Assembly: GCA_964106915.2 (NCBI GenBank)
Contig: OZ066915.1
Reading direction: 5' to 3' (one strand)
DNA: 64,000 bases
Origin: Podarcis gaigeae
Taxonomy: Eukaryota
Shown in pieces: positions 52,097 to 64,000 of this stretch. The position numbers were made by a program, and so were the translations under genes. Position 1 is the first letter of the stretch. Each line of letters starts with the position of its first letter. Below the pieces are notes generated by a model. That model made no database searches, was not told the origin of the DNA, and saw only the letters and a list, made by a program, of their open reading frames with translations.

Positions 52097-54437
52097 TGAG
52101 TATAAGCCCCCCCCCCCACTAGGAGGAGATAACTCAATCTTGATTATTAGGCCTGTCTTATACTGAGTCAGATCACTGCTCCATCTTGCCTAGGGGTGTG
52201 GAACCTTGTTGTTGTTGTTAGCTTGAGGGCCACATTCTCCTCTGAGTAATCTTCTGAGGGCCATATGCCAGTGAGCAGGACCAGAGGCAAATGTGAGTAG
52301 AACAACCAATTTACATGTTTACCTTTATTACAGTGGGCTAGTTTCTACAAACACTCGTACACTGCTCTCAATTCTTTGTCCAGAGAAGTAAGAGGCCTTG
52401 TTAGAGTAAAAAGTCTAAAAGGTATTGGCATGTGGCCAGAAAGAGACCAGAGTGGGTACCAGGCAAGCCTCTCTGGAGAAAGCCAGGGTCAGAAACTCAG
52501 GTATATAATCTAATTGCCAAATGGCACCTTAAACCTAGGTTATTGTCACCACAATGGAATGTCAAGGCGCTGCTTTTCTTGTTGTTCTTTGTGATTATTA
52601 CTCATTTCGTTTCTATGCCACTTTATATTTCAAGGAACAAATCTCAAAGCATTTTGCAACACATTAAAACATCAAATAAAACAACCCAGAATAAAACAAA
52701 TTCAAGCTTTGAGGGAAATATTTCAGATGCTTCTTTAAGTGGCATTTTGCTTTCCGCACTTGCCAGTCTGGCACCCAGAGATCTCCACGTGGTGCCACTT
52801 GCAAAAATGCACCTGGTGCCTGGCTAATTTGTAACACTGGAGAGAGCCTTCCTAAGCCAGAGTACCACCACTGAAATGGCCATTCCCCCCAGAAACCACT
52901 CATTGTACCTGAGATGGCAAGGGAACCCAGAGGATCTGAGAAATCACTCCTTGCAAGGTGTGTGGCCTCCCAGGGGCCCTAGCTCTCTGGGCTGATGGCA
53001 GAAGCCAGAGTGTACTTCTCTTCTGCTCTCCACTGCTGGGGCAACTGTCAACTCAACCACTTACTGGGCAGTTGTTGCTTTACACCAGGTGTAGGGAGTC
53101 TTTTTTAGCCCGGGCAACCTGGCATGCCAGCAGGGGGGCACAGCCAGAGGCAAAAAGTGGGCAGAGGGATGGATGGGACTGTAATGTAATGCATGGCTCT
53201 ACATTCCAGCCATGCAGAAGCCAGAGTTTTCTGCATCCCCATCTCTCCATCTTCTATTCAGGAAAGTGAGAGGCATGATCATAGCTCAGAGGCACATTCC
53301 AGCAGGGCAAAATCACTTAAGGAGTGTTCAGAGCATGTCTGGGGAGGGAAATCACTTGGGGAGGAGGCGCAGTTTGGGGAAGAGTCCCAAGAGCCAGAGA
53401 AAAAATCTGGAGGGGACTACATTTGACTCCGGGCCTGAGCTTCCCCTACCCCTGCTTTATACAACTGAGCAAAGCGAAAAGGGGAGAAAACCTTTGCCTT
53501 TGGGCTGGTGGTTATGTCCCAAGACAGATGTCTGTTTTGTGCCAATTAATTACTCCAAACAACAGGGAAACTTCTCATTCAGCTTTCCATGGTGCAGCAA
53601 AGGCTCCGCTTTGAGGACAGCATGAGAAATCTGGTGCGAATCCACACCCGTGGGGAACAGAACAGTTAACAGCAGAGCTGAACCGTCGTCTCTCTGCACT
53701 GCCAGCGGCGATATCAGAAGTGAAGCGAAGCATCGTCTGTGAGCAAAGCCCACAAATGCTACTGCGAGGAAGAAGATGGGGGAAGGGCGGTTGTCGATTT
53801 GCTAATGAAGATTAATGTGATAGCTGATAAGGAAGGTTCTGCTCCAAATTGCTATTATCCTGCAAAATCCCTCCTGTAAAACAGCCAGAAAGCATTTTCG
53901 TTGTGGCACTGGAGAGTGTGTGTGCGCGCGCGAGTCCACGTACATGGCGTTTTACAAAGAATGATGACAGGTCCCTGCTCTGAGAGGCTTACAATACAGC
54001 CAAAGATATAAGTGGGGTAATGCAGAGAGAACAAGGTAGATAGAGGCAGGGAGGACATGCAATTATTTCATCCATGTGTACCTTGGCACAGTTGACAGAG
54101 GGGTATTGAAACTAGAGGGTTTCCATGTTTGATGCTTGGCCACTGGTTAGATATTTAATAATGGAATCTGCCATTCTTTTCAAGTCTGATTGCCTTTTCC
54201 ATTGGTGGTTAGTCTCTATTGGTATGCAAGCATCAAATTGTCCCCACTAAAATATGGCGATAGAGCTATTGTCAGGGTGCTGTCAGCGGCTCCTGATTGG
54301 TTGCCCAGGAAAGGAAAAGTTTCTTACAGTCCTTTCTTATTTCAAACTTTACAGATAGAGGCTATAAAACTCAACCTCTAGGATAATGGCATTGTCCCAA
54401 GTGAATCTCCACCCCCCCTTTCTCTCCCACTTCCTAA

Positions 54438-54506
54438 TTCTTCTTCTTCTTCTTCTTCTTCTTCTTCTTCTTCTTCTTCTTCTTCTTCTTCTTCTTCTTC
54501 TTCTTC
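54438..54506. repeat. (TTC)n microsatellite
   Basis: Read directly from the sequence. Confidence 0.95.
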
Positions 54507-54514
54507 ATCTCCTC

Positions 54515-54822
54515 TATGGATACCGGCTAAGTGCCCTCTGTCTTTGAGCTCTTTGCTCTCCTACTTTTAAGGCTTGCCAGGTTCTGGGAGATGGTGGGTC
54601 TGGAATGCTTTCTAGTGACAACATGTCGGCCAGCTGCTGCTCTGGCTCTGCCTGCTCCTCCTCTCCTATTATTTCCCACCTTTTCCCCTCATCTGCCTCT
54701 GAGCTGTGACCTCCTGCAAACCACTGTTGTAAATCTATACTTTCTCCCTCTTCCTCCTCCCTGGAAGGGTCAGAATGGGGAGGTGGTCTCCACCACTCTT
54801 CCTCCTCCTCTGCCCAGTCCCA
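54515..54822 (-). mobile_element. Probable LTR fragment (Gypsy-like)
   Basis: Minus strand begins gggactgggcagaggaggaagagtggtgg and has the purine-rich style of the 46519 LTR; no termini or TSD resolved. Confidence 0.45.
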
Positions 54823-55249
54823 GCTATTGAGAATAAGTCTCTCTTGAGGAAGGATGCAAATCTTCAAAACATGAGGAGAATTCTGTAGCATCTTTGAAAG
54901 TGATAGTTTTCTGTGGGCGGAAATCTAGAGAGGGGGAATTTAATTCAGTGTGTGGCCCGTGGCTTCTGTCTCAAAGTACTCTTATGGCCCACTTGATCTG
55001 AGAGGTTGGACTGCCCATCTCTAGGTGTTGTTGGACTCCATCAGCCCCAGCTGGCACAGCCAATGGCTAGGGGTGATGGGAGTTATAGTCTAACAGTGCC
55101 TGGAGGGCTACAGGGCCTCCACTCCTGCTTTTTAGAACATATGGGGCAGAGATCCTAGTGGGGAAACAACTGTAACCTTCAGGTAGTCTGTTATTCACCT
55201 GGGTAAATGAGAAGTCAAAATGAGGAAGTGAGAGGCTAGAACCTGAACC

Positions 55250-55470
55250 AGTGGCTTCAAGTTACAAGAAAGGACTACTAAACATCAGGGATAACTTTCT
55301 GAGAGTAAGAGCTGTTCCGACAGCAGAACAGACGCCCTCGGGAGGCTGTGGACTCTCCTTCCTTGGAAGTTTTAAAGCAGAGGTTGGATGGCCAAATCTG
55401 TTATGGATGAGATTCCTGCATCACAGAGGGTTCAACTAGATGACCCTTGGGACCCTTTCCATTTCTATGA
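55250..55470 (+). mobile_element. CR1 3' fragment
   Basis: aagttacaagaaagg...aactttctga...ttttaaagcagaggttggatggcca...ctagatgaccctt...ttctatga. Confidence 0.8.
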
Positions 55471-56084
55471 GAGAACCTTGTGTCAAGGAGATAGTTTAGG
55501 GTCATCTACCATGTCTGGAATGGATTTCAGACATGAGAGGAGATGTGGGCCTGTAAACGCCAGCACCAAACCGGCTCAGTTGTACAAGCTGTCCAGATAT
55601 CTGGGGAACACTTATTGCTTCTGAACTTAATTCTATAGCAGACAGTGCTGAAGTCACTGGGGATCTGGAAACAGATGAGTTGCTGTGTTCGCACAGTGGT
55701 GACAAATGACTGTGGAGGATAAACGGGGCATGTGGCGAAAGGAAAGCTCTCTGTTGAGTTCCGACTGAAGCAGATGCAATTTGACAGGGCATAGGTGTGA
55801 TATGTATAGGGGCTTGACTGTATCCTTAATGCACGCTCCCTCGAAGGGCCATAAATCCTTCCCCCGAATCAACTGTGTTCAGCGTGAGAAACGAGAGCAA
55901 TTTACAGGGAGCTGCAGGGAGCTGCCCCCCTCCCCATACACAAGTAAATACAGTTAGTCAATAAGGATATCGAGGCCCTGCATGGAACGTAGGTCAGGCT
56001 GCATCTCCCCCAGTGTTGTCTACTTTGACTGGCAGTGGCCCTCCAGGGTGTAAGGAAGGGGTCTTTCACAGCACGTGCTACCTG

Positions 56085-56204
56085 ATTCCAGGGCAGCTGA
56101 GCCCCTACCTGCCTGCACACTGTCTCTCCAGAGTGGTACATGCTCTGGTTATCTCCCCCTTGGACTACTGCAATGCACTCTACATGGGGCTACCTTTGAA
56201 GGTG
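56085..56204 (+). mobile_element. L2 ORF2 internal fragment
   Basis: PYLPAHCLSRVVHALVISPLDYCNALYMGLPLKV matches ~62590-62693. Confidence 0.9.
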
Positions 56205-57679
56205 GCCTTTCAGATAGGATGGACCTAAGCCATATACGGCTTTATTGCTCATAACCAGCACTTTGACTTGTGCCCAGAAACAGACCAGTGCAGCTGGCAC
56301 AACTGATGCTCAGCTGGGATGCAGTAGTCCTTACCTGTCACGTTCAAAATCAGCCTACATTAAAGATGCTCATGGTCTGCCCATCTACATGTTACCTACA
56401 GCATGCAGGGCCAACAACACCTGCTAAAGCACAGCTTCTTCATTCCAACCTTTTCCTTTCTATTTCCTTTTAGAGCCACCTTATTTTACGCATGCATCCC
56501 AAATTCAAGCAGATTATCTGTGCCTCTTTCTCTTTCTCCCTCTCTCTCATTTTTCCTCCTATCAACAAGTTGGCCCAATAAAAGCAATCCTTTCTGGTTG
56601 TGTTTTATTCCTGTTAACACTAAACCAGCTCATGGGGAACTAAAGCAGTTTGTTTTTTCTTTGTAGCCAATTTTTATGCTGCCCATGGATATTCCTGGAA
56701 TGTTTTGGAGAACAATGGGCCATTTTTAGATCTTGCCAATTTTACAGCATCACATTCAAGAATTACTACTACTATTATTTCCAAGGAAACCAGGGCTGAG
56801 ACATCGTACCTTTTTATGCACTTTCTCCCACCCTGAGGATGGTCACGTGGCACATTCTGCCTATTTTTAGTTCCACAAACATATCAGCAGGACGGAGCCA
56901 TTAAAAGAAAAGGGTGGGATAACAAAATAGGGATGTTATGTTGCTGCTCCAGATCAGGCTTGCCTCAATAAAAAGTCATTTGGAAAACAGGCAGCCAAAG
57001 CCATGGCAATCTCTTCGGAATAATGCATAAACCAATGGGACGCGGCGAGACATACATTTTGTCGCTTTGCATTTTCCTATCATTCCATAAAACATGGGAA
57101 AGCAGTGCTGAAAATATTTGCATTTTACAATGGTGTCCATCCATCATCCATTCGCAAGCCTGTTCTCCGTACATTCCTGGAGTAATAAAAGTCTTACATT
57201 TTAGAGAAGTCCCCCTCCTTGTCAGCTTCCCTTACACCATTTCATCGATGCACACAGAGGTACAGAATGCAGATCAGAAAAGTGGCTAGAGCATTGATGT
57301 GCTGCTGTGTATATAAAGGTCACTGGATAATCTGGACTGGCCACACACACACTCTCAGCAAAGCCTACATCACAGGGTTGTTGTGGATGCTTAAAAATAC
57401 AAGGAGGGCGAGATCCCTGTACAACACTACCATGAACTCTTTGGAGGAAAGGTGGGATTTAAAAAACCACAAAACCACAAATAACATAATACAAATACAG
57501 AGGACTTTCAAATTATCTTCTGATGTTCATCCTTGATTTGGCTGTGATTTTGCATTTCAGGGGGTTTAACTGGCCAACCTTTTGGGTCCCTTCCAACTCT
57601 ACAGTTCTGAACAGAGATATTTGTACCCTGATTTGTTTTTCTGGAAACATGAGGAAGACAGAAGAAACGCACCCAGCAC

Positions 57680-57970
57680 CAGGGCCATCTTTACCTAGGG
57701 GCGCAAGGGTTGTGGGGCACCCTGGCACCAAATTCTGGGGGGCACCAGATGGCTGGAGGGCATGCAGCTTCCCTCCCAAGCCTCTGCGGGGGTTGCTCTC
57801 CTCCTGCAGCGGCATGGGAGAGAGTTGCGTGCCCCCTTTAAAAAAAGCATAACAACTCTTAGCTGTCTCCCTGAAAACAGCTCAACAACTTTGGCCTGCC
57901 CCCCCCCCCAAAATTGGAGGAGCTGGGTGGTTTTTGCACCCTGGCGCCGCATATGCTAAAGATGGCCCTG
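57680..57970. mobile_element. hAT-like MITE
   Basis: Perfect 14-bp TIR cagggccatcttta / taaagatggccctg; TSD not resolved because an L2 fragment abuts the right end. Confidence 0.8.
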
Positions 57971-57974
57971 CCGA

Positions 57975-58286
57975 CCCACCCCCATCAGTCTACCCGGACA
58001 CTGAGGTCCAGCGCCGAGGGCCTTCTGGTGGTTCCCTCACTGCGAGAAGCCAAGTTACAGGGAACTGGGCAGAGGGCCTTCCCGGTAGTGGCACTGACCC
58101 TGTGGAATGCCCTCCCATCCGATGTCAAAGAGAACAACAACTACCAGACTTTTAGAAGACATCTGAAGGCAGCCCTGTTTAGGGAAGCTTTTAATGTTTG
58201 ATGTATTACGGTATTTTAATTTTTTGGGGAAGCCACCCAGAGTGGCTGGGGAAGCCCAGCCAGATGGGCGAGGTATAAATAAATAA

Positions 58287-58340
<54 letters not shown>
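57975..58340 (+). mobile_element. L2 LINE 3' fragment with (AAT)n tail
   Basis: HPHQSTRTLRSSAEGLLVVPSLREAKLQGT...REAFNV plus 3'UTR. Confidence 0.95.
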
Positions 58341-59937
58341 TTGTCCATGAAGTCGGGGAGGGGGGCATAGTTTGTCCCGAATCCAGATCCAGCTGGTGAG
58401 GGCGTCGGGTCTACCTGCTGCCCAACCCAACTTGCTCAATACTGTCATTCGCAGCATCCTCTCCGAGATTCAGAACTAGGCCTTTCTAAGCTCCGGAAGC
58501 TTCATTCCAAACATGTGTCATCTTAAATAGTTTTTGTTTTTGCACAATATTGTTATTGGCCCTCAGGCCTTCGTGGAGCTAAGTCTGGCAGGGTATAAAT
58601 TGTAAAGTAAACAAAGCCTTGACAACTGAGCAATATCTTCCCTCATTAAACTTCTAGGGTTCTGTGATCAGTGACCTCTTGCACTGCAAGAAAGGTTTCT
58701 TTCCAGCAACCATCCGTGCTGGCCAGCTGCCACTCTGAAAACACTTTTTTAAAAGGCTCTTCAGAAATAAAGCGAAAATCAACATCTGCTTGCCATATAT
58801 AACACCTGCAGCAGAGTTATCTCCGGGTCACCTAACAACACACTGTTGCTCATCTGCAGTTCTGTTTAACTGCCTTACGCTCTGCGCAACTTGTGCATGT
58901 TAAGGTCCATGTGCTATTCATTCGTTTAAGATATTTTCAGGCTGCCCTTCACCCTCACAGATACCAGGGTGGTGTACAATAAGCATGGTTTTAATTAACC
59001 GCACCACAACATATAAACAGTAAAACAGCAAGACAAAACCTTCAGGAAAAAAGCAACCCACGGCTAATTTAGAGGCAGCTAAAACAATAGAGTAGATCAA
59101 GGGAGCTTGTGGGATCTGCTTTGTTCCTAGAACCCCAAAGTCCACCAGCTGGAGCCAAAGTGGCTTAGAAAGAGAGGTGGACATAGAATGAAGGAACAGG
59201 ACTCCCCTGAGTACATCTCAGCCCAGGAATTTGTTTTCAGTGTGAGAATTGAGCATACAGTCATTTCATGCAAAAATCAATTCCTAGTTTCTCCTTAGGC
59301 TTGCTTCATTTCAGCAGTCTAATTTGGGGGGGGGGGAGGTGGTGTTGCTATGGTTAAACATTTGGGGGTCAGAAATCCTTGGTGATCCACTGCAAATTAC
59401 ACATAGATCTACCAGTAGATCTTAATCTTAAAATTAATCTTAATCTTAATCTAACTTCCGCCTGCCCCAGGAGTTAAGACTCCATCTGCCCTATACATTT
59501 AAAGCAGTATCTCAATACTTTAAACAGTCATGGATCACTCCCGACGCCACCCCACAAGAATCCTGGCAACAGTAGTTTGTTAAGGGTGCTGAGAGATGCT
59601 AGGAGCCCTCTATTCCCTCACAGAGATAAAATTCCCATAGCGCTTTAACACTCAACTCCTCTTCCCAAGGAGCTCTGAGAATTGTGGCTTTGTGAGGGGG
59701 ATGGGGGGGTCTCTCTCAGCATCCTTAACATGGCTCTTCAAAGTGGTATGGTGCGGTGTTACATGCATTGTGCAGTTGGGGCCAAACCTACAAAACAATC
59801 TGTACAAGCAGAAATGAATTGATGAGGTGCTGAAAAGCTTATGAAGTCCAGCACCAGTCATACCACTATACCTCCCATGGAGAAGAGACTCAGGCAGAGA
59901 TCTTAAGACATGAACGAGTTGCCCCCCAACCCTGACC

Positions 59938-60130
59938 CCTTTAGGGCTTTAAAGGGAAGCCCCAGTACCTTGAATTAGACTCAGAGGTTGACAGGAACCT
60001 TTCAGAAACAGAGTAATACACGACTCCACCTGTTTAGAGAGGTTCAGAGACTGGTAGTTCAGCACTAGTTGAAGCTTCTAATTCTTCAAGGGCAGCCCCA
60101 TGTATAATTCACTAAAGTAATCCAGTTGCA
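59938..60130 (-). mobile_element. Old L2 ORF2 fragment
   Basis: tttagggctttaaagg...ccttgaatt and cttcaagggcagccccatgta...taatcca are reverse complements of L2 ORF2 motifs. Confidence 0.55.
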
Positions 60131-60449
60131 GACATCACCATGACCAGAATGTCCCTGTACAGGAGCATTTGTAGCTCATGAACTAGCTGAAGCTGGTAAA
60201 AAACTCCACATTTTTTGTGATTGCATTTTCATGAAACAAGGGAAATGGCATTAGGTACTTGTGCACTACTTCAGTAGTGTGTGTATGCATGCACACACTC
60301 ACTATTCCTCCCCCCTCCACTCATTCATGAACTGAAATTTGTTCCCACCACGATAATTTGAGGATGCTGCAGGCTTCTGCATTAGAGACACTAAAATTAC
60401 TTTGCTATAGGGAGGAGAAGACAGTAATAGGAGTAAGCGTTGCTCTCAG

Positions 60450-60596
60450 CAGTGGCGTAGTGTGGGGGGTGCAGGGGGGGCTGGCCGCACGAGGCGCAAC
60501 ATCTGGGGGTTAGGGTTAGGGGGCGCAAATCCACGGGTTAGGGGGTGCAAATTACTTGCCTTGCCCCGGGTGCTGACAACCCACGCTACGCCACTG
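60450..60596. mobile_element. hAT MITE (147 bp) containing TTAGGG repeats
   Basis: TIR cagtggcgtagtgtggg / cccacgctacgccactg (16/17); perfect 8-bp TSD gctctcag at 60442-60449 and 60597-60604. Confidence 0.93.
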
Positions 60597-60905
60597 GCTC
60601 TCAGTCTATGCTCCTGCACATTTTCATTAACTCCACAACCAGAAGAGGAGCAAAGACAGATTAGCCATTTGTTAACCTGAAACTACTAGTCCTGTGAACA
60701 GGGCCTCTGTCAGAACTGGGAGAGTTTCAATATGCCTTTGGGAATGTTGTATGAATCTTGCTCTCTCATTTTCCAGACGGCAACCTGATTATGAGACAAC
60801 AGAGCACTTGTTGTCCATGCTGCAGTCTCTTTAAAGAAGCATATAAGACATGCCTCCCTCCAAGTTGGTCAGAAGATGGCCTTGATGTAAAGTTGTGTTG
60901 CCTTT

Positions 60906-63195
60906 TGCAACTGGACTTCTCTGCGACCCATCCCCTCTGCAGGGAGGTGGGACCGATTCGGATGGTCCGCCCCCGCCACTTAATGGATCCAAATGGTTTC
61001 CAGAGAGTGGTAGGGGATGCTTTATCCCATGTTGGTGGCCTTTCAGCCGATTCCCTGGTGGCCCGCTGGAATGTGGAGTTAACCAGGGCTATTGACTGTT
61101 TGGCTCCGAAGCGCCCTCTCCGATTGCATGGAGCCCGGAGAGCCCCGTGGTTTTCCACGGATCTGAGGGCAATGAAACAATCGTTGAGACGGCTAGAGCG
61201 CCGGTGGCGGATAACTCATTCTGAATCTGACCGGACACAGGTTAGAGCTCAACGTCGAGCCTACCAAGTGGCGATAGCGACGGCGAAGAAGACTTTTCTT
61301 CACCGCCTCTATTGCATCTGCAGAAAACAGCAGCAGGAGACTCTTTCAGGTGGTTCACAATTTAGCGGAACCACCTGCAACATCAGGGCCCAGTACGGGC
61401 CACATGTTCTCCTGCAATGATTTTGCAAATTTTTTTGCAGATAAAATCGCTCAGATTCGGGAAGAAGTAGACTCCACCGTGGGAGCAGGGCCGGGGCGGG
61501 AGAGTGCTAGAGTCCTGTCTGGTCAAGTTGTGTGGGATCAATTCCAATCTGTTACCTCTGAGGATGTGGACAGGCTGCTTGGACGAGTGAAGCCAACCAC
61601 CTGTCTCCTGGATCCTTGCCCATCCTGGCTTATAAAAGCTAGCCGGGAAGGACTGGGCGATGGGCTTCGTGGGGTGGTGAATGCTTCCCTCCGTGAGGGA
61701 GCCTTCCCAGACCCGCTGAAAGAGGCAGTTATTAAACCGCTTCTTAAAAAACCATCTTTAGATGCGGCCACGATGGCCAATTATTGCCCAGTCTCAAACC
61801 TTCCATTCTTGGGCAAGGTGATTGAGCGAGTGGTTGCTGAACAACTCCAGGCACGCCTGGAAGAAGCGGACCATTTGGATCCCTTCCAGTCGGGATTCAG
61901 GCCTCATCATGGGACTGAAACTGCCTTGGTCGCACTGGTTGATGATCTCCGGCGGGCTAGGGACAAAGGTGAGAGCTGTTTCCTAGTTCTGCTGGATCTC
62001 TCAGCGGCGTTTGATACCATCGACCATGACATCCTTCTGGACCGTCTTGAGGGGCTGGGAGCTGGGGGCACTGTCATACAGTGGTTCCGCTCCTTCCTCC
62101 TGGGCCGTGTTCAGAAAGTGGTGGTGGGGGATGAGTGTTCAGACCCCTGGGCTCTCACTTGTGGGGTGCCTCAGGGTTCTGTCCTCTCCCCCATGCTTTT
62201 CAACATCTACATGCAGCTGCTGGGAGGGATCATCAGGAGGTTTGGGCTGGGTGTTCATCAGTATGCAGATGATACCCAGCTCTACCTCTCTTTTAAATCA
62301 GAACCAGTGAAGGCGGTGAAGGCCCTGTGTGAGTGTCTGGAAGCGGTTGGAGGATGGATGGCGGCTAGCAGATTGAGGTTGAATCCTGACAAGACAGAAG
62401 TACTGTTTTTGGGGGACAGGAGGTGGGCAGGTGTGGAGGATTCCCTGGTCCTGAATGGGGTAACTGTGCCCCTGAAGGACCAGGTGCGCAGCCTGGGAGT
62501 CATTTTGGACTCACAGCTGTCCATGGAGGCACAGGTCAAATCTGTATCCAGGGCAGCTGTTTACCAGCTCCATCTGGTACGTAGGCTGAGACCCTATCTG
62601 CCTGCAGACTGTCTCGCCAGAGTGGTACATGCTCTGGTTATCTCCCGCTTGGACTACTGCAATGCGCTCTACGTGGGGCTACCTTTGAAGGTGACCCGGA
62701 AACTACAACTAATCCAGAATGCGGCAGCCAGACTGGTGACTGGGAGCGGCCGCCGAGACCATATAACACCGGTCTTGAAAGACTTACATTGGCTCCCAGT
62801 ACGTTTCCGAGCACAATTCAAAGTGTTGGTGCTGACCTTTAAAGCCCTAAATGGCCTCGGTCCAGTATATCTGAAGGAGCGTCTCCTCCCCCATCGTTCT
62901 GCCCGGACACTGAGGTCCAGCTCCGAGGGCCTTCTGGCGGTTCCCTCACTGCGAGAGGCCAAGTTACAGGGAACCAGGCAGAGGGCCTTCTCGGTAGTGG
63001 TGCCGGCCCTGTGGAACACCCTCCCATCAGATGTCAAAGCGATAAACAACTACCTGACATTCAGAAGACATCTGAAGGCAGCCCTGTTCAGGGAAGTTTT
63101 TAATATGTGACATTTTAGTGTATTTTTCATCTCTGTTGGAAGCCGCCCAGAGTGGCTGGGGAAACCCAGCCAGATGGGCGGGGTACAAATAATAA

Positions 63196-63252
<57 letters not shown>
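60906..63252 (+). mobile_element. L2-clade LINE, 5'-truncated (~2.35 kb), young
   Basis: ORF2 homology runs from ~60906 across a +1 frameshift (T run 61294-61297) into ORF 61350..63110, followed by 3'UTR and (TTA)n tail. The endonuclease domain is absent. Confidence 0.96.
61350..63110 (+). CDS. L2 ORF2 reverse transcriptase domain and C-terminus (partial; part of a truncated retrotransposon)
   Basis: Motifs PLLKK, QSGFR, LDLSAAFDTIDH, GVPQGSVLSP, YADD, LNPDKTE, SRLDYCN and LHWLPV in 586 uninterrupted codons. Confidence 0.93.
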   Translation: MVHNLAEPPATSGPSTGHMFSCNDFANFFADKIAQIREEVDSTVGAGPGRESARVLSGQVVWDQFQSVTSEDVDRLLGRVKPTTCLLDPCPSWLIKASREGLGDGLRGVVNASLREGAFPDPLKEAVIKPLLKKPSLDAATMANYCPVSNLPFLGKVIERVVAEQLQARLEEADHLDPFQSGFRPHHGTETALVALVDDLRRARDKGESCFLVLLDLSAAFDTIDHDILLDRLEGLGAGGTVIQWFRSFLLGRVQKVVVGDECSDPWALTCGVPQGSVLSPMLFNIYMQLLGGIIRRFGLGVHQYADDTQLYLSFKSEPVKAVKALCECLEAVGGWMAASRLRLNPDKTEVLFLGDRRWAGVEDSLVLNGVTVPLKDQVRSLGVILDSQLSMEAQVKSVSRAAVYQLHLVRRLRPYLPADCLARVVHALVISRLDYCNALYVGLPLKVTRKLQLIQNAAARLVTGSGRRDHITPVLKDLHWLPVRFRAQFKVLVLTFKALNGLGPVYLKERLLPHRSARTLRSSSEGLLAVPSLREAKLQGTRQRAFSVVVPALWNTLPSDVKAINNYLTFRRHLKAALFREVFNM

Positions 63253-64000
63253 TTGGCAGCAGTGGAGAGAACTGGGCCGGCTACTTCCCTGGAGATTAAA
63301 ACACGTCACCGATTGGTTGTATAATAAAGTGTAGTCAAGCAGCTGTTTTAAGTCTGTGCCATATAAGTTTCTTAAGATCCCTCCTGCTCTTCAAGAACAA
63401 GTGGGGGCCCATGACAAAATGATGATGACGATGGTGATTATTTCTGCAGACATTGAGTTTATATTGAGCAGAAGGGCTGCACAGCTTAGTAGAAGAACAC
63501 CTGCTTTGCTGCCAGTCAGTGTTTTCACTACTGAGCTAGACGGACCAACGGTAGAAGGCAGCTTCCTATGTTGCTATGCACATTGCATCCGCTGACACCT
63601 GTCTCTTGTGTGTGGCTGTAGTTGTCCTTTTGGCTGCTTAAGCAATGACACAAAGAGAAAGGAATCAGAATACCGGATTGTGATTCCTTCAGCCAGAGTG
63701 ATGTACCCTTTTACTACAGAAAAGGCAGAGCTGTTGCCTTCATGCCCTGCTTTCAGCTTCCTGAAAGGAACTTACCATTGCAGTGGTAAGTTTCTGACTT
63801 CATCCAGCAGGGCTTGCCTCATGCCTCTTCCTTCTTTTATCTTCCCTTATCCTACCTCTCTCCTTCCCTTTGTAGACCTCCGGAAGACTTTGATTCTGTG
63901 CAGTGTTGTCCTGTGCTTTAGAGGTTTAATATATAATTACAATTCTTTCCAAGCAGGGTTGCCCAGTTGCAATCCAAACATCTGCCAGGTTTGGCAGACA

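Noticed and set aside
60758-61420. 220-aa ORF as a separate gene or LINE ORF1
   Set aside because: Chimera of flanking DNA and the pre-RT part of L2 ORF2, separated from the main ORF by a +1 frameshift.
1-64000. CRISPR arrays, rRNA genes, operon-like or prokaryotic defence systems
   Set aside because: Eukaryotic intron and intergenic DNA; no repeat-spacer arrays or such genes seen.

Overview
Vertebrate nuclear DNA, almost certainly from a squamate (probably a lacertid lizard), judged from Sauria SINE, Squam3-like SINE, Bov-B, CR1 and young L2 repeats. The only host gene is the 3' half of RYBP (non-canonical PRC1 subunit) on the + strand. It has three coding exons (14508-14684, 15133-15231, 18985-19237) and a ~4 kb 3'UTR ending near 23245; the N-terminal zinc-finger exon lies upstream of the window. 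The remainder is intron (1-14507) and ~40 kb of gene-free downstream DNA, dense in transposable elements, with one 417-N assembly gap. I found no evidence for a wholly new biological system. The most unusual structures are: (i) a ~410 bp mitochondrial control-region insertion (NUMT) whose left junction shows a templated duplication and fold-back hairpin; (ii) a Sauria SINE with an inverted 5' head inside a 16-bp TSD (twin-priming geometry, classically described for mammalian L1); (iii) a 147-bp hAT MITE carrying TTAGGG repeats; (iv) a CR1/L2/solo-LTR nest; (v) a young L2 with an intact RT frame; and (vi) a repeat-poor block with clustered PBX/MEIS/HOX motifs. Repeat family names come from my recognition of the sequences, not from a database search.
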